Below are positions 59,340 through 64,000 of a DNA stretch of 64,000 nucleotides, in pieces. Position 1 is the stretch's first letter, and every line of letters starts with the position of its first letter. The DNA is taken from the NCBI RefSeq assembly GCF_964194155.1, contig NC_135903.1:30194001-30258000 (forward strand), written 5' to 3'. The position numbers were made by a program, and so were the translations under genes. This DNA is from Cetorhinus maximus (taxonomy: Eukaryota). The notes under the pieces were generated by a model. The model searched no databases. It was given only the letters and a program-made list of their open reading frames with translations, and was not told where the DNA came from.

Positions 59340-60060
59340 CCCCCTTGTTTTTGTTTGCTGTTCACCTCAGCCACTCACAAATGCTTCAGGGAGGTCACCA
59401 ATGCCCTGTTCAGAAGAGCCAATGACTTTGTACAATTCGCCAGAGAGTCAGGCAGCTAGAAGTGTGGAATTCGGCACCACCACTGGATATCCACAGATAA
59501 GAAGGGCATTTGCACACATGTTGGGCTATGAGCTCCCTGGGGTCATCCAGCAGCATTCGTAGACCAAAAGGGCTTTCCACTCTTTCAATGTGCATCTCGT
59601 GCATGGCCACTGCAATAGAATCCTGAAGGTGTATGTTCGCTTCCCAGGAAGCTCTCATGACTCTTATATCCTCAGTCACTTTCAGGTGCCACAGTTGTTT
59701 GCTCCCCAGCCCCCAGCAGCTGCAGGGGTGGCTCCTGGGGGACAGGGGATGTCCTGTGTGAAACCCACAAAGCCCAGCAGAGGAAAGCTATGATGCCTCC
59801 GATATCTCAAAAATGCTAACAAATAGACCATTGGAATGCTGAAGATGAGGTTTCACTGCCTTGACCTTCTGAGTGGAATGCTGCAGTATGCACCAGTCTC
59901 CAGGGTCATTGTGTTCTGCTGTGCCCAGCACAACCTCACACTGCAAAGGGGTGAGCAATTGCCAGACAGGGAGATGGAGGAGTCGGAGGCTTCCTCAAAT
60001 GAGGATGAAGGGGTAGAGCCTGATGGCCCTGAGGGCTGGAGTGCATGGTATGGCTACAAC
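59340..60060 (+). pseudogene. Harbinger transposase, heavily decayed
   Basis: VRFPGSSHDSYILSHFQVP, WLLGDRG and IGMLKMRFHCLD.LSG.LQYAP..VIVFCCAQHN. Confidence 0.85.
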
Positions 60061-60496
60061 TGCAGATGCCAGGACAATGGAATGATAGACAGGTCCATAA
60101 AACCCTCGCTGAAACCTGATTCACACAAGACTGAGGCACCTGAAAGGTCTTTTGATCTCCTCCTCAATAAACATCACAGTGGAAGTACCTGCAGATCTGG
60201 CACACTCCTTCCAGACCAACCTACATCTCTACAAGGGCTGCAGGCCCTTGGCATGGACAAGCCCATGCATGGTTTCATCAAAGCCACACACATTTTTGAT
60301 TTGGAAACTAAGTCGCACATGGCTCAGTGACACATGCTCCAAGTTACCTGGATACTTATGAGTGGGAAGGTGCTGTGTGAATAGATGGTGGGAGCAGATT
60401 CAAAAAGAACTTTCAAAAGGGGATTAATTATTGGCAAAGGGCTGGGGAGTGGGACGAATTGGATGGGCCCTTTCAAAGAGTTGACACAGAGCATGA

Positions 60497-61782
60497 CAGC
60501 ACTTGCTTAGCAATACCCTGCTCACTGATGCCGGGGTTTGTGTTCTGCCAGGGCCACTCAGCTCCTGAGCTCATTACAGCCTTGGTTCAAACATGGGCAA
60601 AAGAGCGGAACTCACGAGGTGAGAGTGACTGCCCTTGACATCAAGGCAGCATTTGACAGAGTGTGGCACCAAGGAGCACTAGCAAAACAGGAGTCAATGG
60701 GAATCAGGGGGAAAACTCTCCACTGGTTGGAGTCATACCTAACACAAAGGAAGGTAGTTGTGGTTGTTGGAGATCAGTCATCTCAGCTCCAGGACATCAC
60801 TGCAGGAGTTCCTCAGGGTAGTGTTCTCGACCCAACCATCTTCAGCTGCTTCATTAATGACTTTCCTTCCATCATAAGGTCAGAAGGGGGGATGTTCGAC
60901 TGATGATTGCACAATGTTCAGCACCATTTGCGACTCCTCAGATACTGAAGCAGTCCACGTCCAAATGCAGCAAGACCTGGACAATATCCAGGCTTCAGCT
61001 GAGAAGTGGCAAGTAACATTCCTGCCACACAAGTGTCAACCATTAGCCATCTGCAACAAGAGAGAATCCAACCATCGCCCCTTGACATTCAATAGCATTA
61101 CCATCACTGAATCGCCCACTATCAACATCCTGGGGGTTACCATTGACCAGAAACTGAACTGGACAAGCCATATAACTACAGTGGCTACAAAAGCAGGTCA
61201 AAGGCTAGGAATTATGCAACGAATAACTCACCTCCTGACTCCCAAAAGCCTGTCCACCATCTACAAGGCACAAGTCAGGAGTGTGGTGGAATACTCACCA
61301 CTTGCCTGGATGAGTGCAGTTCCCACAATACTCAAGAAGCTTGACACCATCCAGTACCAAGCAGCCCGCTTGATTGGCACATCCAAAAACATTCACTTCC
61401 TCCACCACCGATGCGTAGTAGCAGCAGTGTATATCATCTACAAACTGCACCGCAGGAATTCACCAAGGCTCCTTCAATAGCACCTTCCAAACCCATGACC
61501 ACTACCACCTAGGAGGACAAGGGCAGCAGATAGATGTGTACGCCATAATCTAGAAGCTCCCCCCAAGTCACTCACCATCCTGACTTGGAAATATATCACC
61601 GTTCCTTCGCTGTCGCTGGGTCAAAATCCTGGAACTCCCTCCCTAACAGCACTGTGGGTGTACATACACCACATGGACTACATGATTCACGAAAGCAGCT
61701 CACCACTACCTTCTCAAGGGCAATTAGGGATGGGCAATAAATGCTGGCTCAGCCAGCGAAGCCGACATCCCGTGAATGAATA
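60497..61782 (+). mobile_element. HER1-type CR1-clade LINE, 5'-truncated
   Basis: ALDIKAAFDRVWHQG, GVPQGSVL, DDCTMFST, ILGVTIDQKLNW, YKAQVRSVVEY; HE1-shared tail. Confidence 0.95.
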
Positions 61783-63092
61783 ATGGGCTTCGCTGCAGTC
61801 AAAGACGTGTGCTGGCAATGGCTGAGGGAGGCAAGACACAAAGGAACAGTCATCAGCAACGAAGTAAGTCAGGGGAAGCGGAACCCATGAGGGGAAGAGG
61901 GGAAGGGAGGAGCAGGGGAAGCCTACACTTCCCTGTAGGGAGCAAAAGAGCATTCCTCATCTTCCAGGCCTCAGGAGGGAAATAAAAAAAATCTACCTGC
62001 TTGAACCTCTCCTTAATATCCCCGATTCTATTGTCGTTGTCTTCACCTGGAAGAAATACCATTGGCTTCCCTGCTCAGGCCACAGGTAGAATTGTAGTTG
62101 GGGCCTGATTAAGTCATCAGACCCCAATCTACACATTTAAAGCGCTGCTCTGCTGGCTTCAGGCAGGCGTGCTTGTTGCCTGCTTGGAGGGGCAGGTTAA
62201 AATTGAAGGCAACAGGATCGGTGAGGGACCGAGCCACACATCCTTGCACTAGACCGCTAGGAAGCAAATACACTTTTTTTTTTAACAACTTTCCCACAAA
62301 GAAAGAATTCGAGGACGCTAATCCCCGATTAGAGTACTTCCATGACCTGAGAAAATAATTATGTTAAGATATATCTTTTATAAACTATTTGAAGTTAACT
62401 GTCCCGGCCTCTTCCCCATACCCCCAAAGTCTGTGCTGTATCTCCGTATTTAATTATTTTGTTTCCAATCACAGATGTCCATCTCCAGGAAGCTTACTGG
62501 GTGGGGTTTAGTACACACCAGTGGGGCATTTTGCTTATCTGCCATTGAGCATTATTAATTGCATTAAAGGGGCAGCCATATGCAAATAATGAATGGGTTA
62601 AAGTGGCCAAAATTGGGGTGTTTGAAAATAAAGCTCAAATGGCTAACTGGGACATTTTGGTTTGCATATCTTGTGTGCTGCTTATCCCCACAATCTTTAA
62701 AATAGATTCACCAATCAAATTCAAATGAAGTGAAATGCAACTGATGGTTTTCATTACACTTTTAATATAGAAATTGTATTTTGTCAGCTGTTGTTTTAAT
62801 TTCCTGCTATTTGCACAAAATCTTTTGAGTCCAGTCCCAGTTCCTGTAGTGTTTATTAAGCCAGCTGCATTGCCTAGATACCTGTCAACTTCTGTGTGGC
62901 CAACGTAAGCAGTGGCTGTGCTGGTACAGGTGTGCTGTGATTACTCTCTACTAGTCAGGATAGTTTTACACTGCATTTCCTGAATTGCAAAGTGCTGGAG
63001 GAACTGAGATGTTTTTACAGCAACAGACAAAACAAATCCATTGCTCAAGGGGGTTAAGGAAGATCTGTGTTAAAGGAAATGTTAAATACATT

Positions 63093-63793
63093 GGGCCATA
63101 ATTTGCTATTCCACGGCATTTAATGGCGTCTGTCATTAGTTAGACTTGCCCTTGCATGTTTAGGCTTTTAAAATGTTTTGCATGAAAGTGTGAGCTGATA
63201 GCATCGCAGTGAATGAAGCCAGGAATCTAGGGCCTGAGTGAATGGGGCAAGCTGTACATCTCCTTAACCAATCGAATTGAGAGATTTTGTTCTTAACACT
63301 GCAAGGACTGCGAAGCATGTGTCATTTTGAGTGGGTGAATTCAGTGTCAAATCAAGTACAGAAAGAGAAATAGCGAGAGAAAAAGCAAGTTTAAATTCGG
63401 AGAAAGAGAAATAAAAGACCTTTTTTTTAAAAAGTAAGAATTTAAAATTTGACATTATTTTTAAAAATCTCCAGTAATTAAAACCTGATGGACACTTGCA
63501 TTAGTTAATTACCAGTGGCAGAGAGGTTAACTTGCAATTACTAATGCATCACATTATTAAAAGCTTTGTAAGTTGAAATGGCCAAGACTTTCTGTGGTAA
63601 ATTTGCTTCACATCCACCATGCAAAAACAGCAACAAAGCCTTTCAATGCTTTTCGATTCTGGTCCATTAAGAATAGAAAGGATAGTTTTCCGGCACCTCC
63701 CATTCCCCAATATTGAGTTATCACAAAACCTTTAGAATTTAAGGTTGTTCATCCCATACTTGCATGATGTAGCACCTCACAAAAATTAGTGCC
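63093..63793. mobile_element. Non-autonomous Harbinger-like DNA element
   Basis: Termini GGGCCATAATTT / AAAATTAGTGCC with ATT on both flanks; related copy at 47104. Confidence 0.65.
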
Positions 63794-64000
63794 ATTTCTG
63801 ACGATGAGGGGATAATTTTTCATTTACGACTCGCTTCTGGTTTGGACGCCTGTTAAGAGAAAGGATCCTTTTTGGTAAAATCGGCGTTTGGGAAAATCAG
63901 GCATGCTTTCAATAATGGGCACCTAAACCCGCAATGTCAGTTTGACTCTGTAGTAGCTTGGGGATTACCCTCTGAATTCACATCGATAACATAGCTACAA

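Overview
Vertebrate nuclear DNA, very probably from an elasmobranch (shark/ray): it carries HE1-type SINEs with their HER1-type CR1 partner LINE, and Deu-domain (SacSINE1-like) SINEs. It reads as intergenic or deep intronic sequence. I found no confidently identifiable host exon (one weak 66-nt candidate) and one 200-N assembly gap. Nearly all recognisable ORFs are decayed transposon genes: two Penelope-like (GIY-YIG/RT) families, two CR1-clade LINE families, L2 and Tx1 fragments, Gypsy LTR elements, many PIF/Harbinger copies (one full-length with TIRs, TSD, transposase and a 3-exon Myb/SANT gene) and their MITEs. The most interesting signals are non-coding. (1) At least six minimal hammerhead-ribozyme motifs of two Penelope families, including 103-136 bp TSD-flanked ribozyme-plus-tail insertions and a palindromic element with a hammerhead on each strand. 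(2) One such mini-element has clustered A-to-G changes that erase the catalytic core, resembling a retrotransposed ADAR-hyperedited RNA. (3) A solo LTR ends in a ~30-bp-period array of LTR-end plus tRNA primer-binding-site units. Family names come from recognition by eye, not from database searches, and boundaries without a TSD are approximate.
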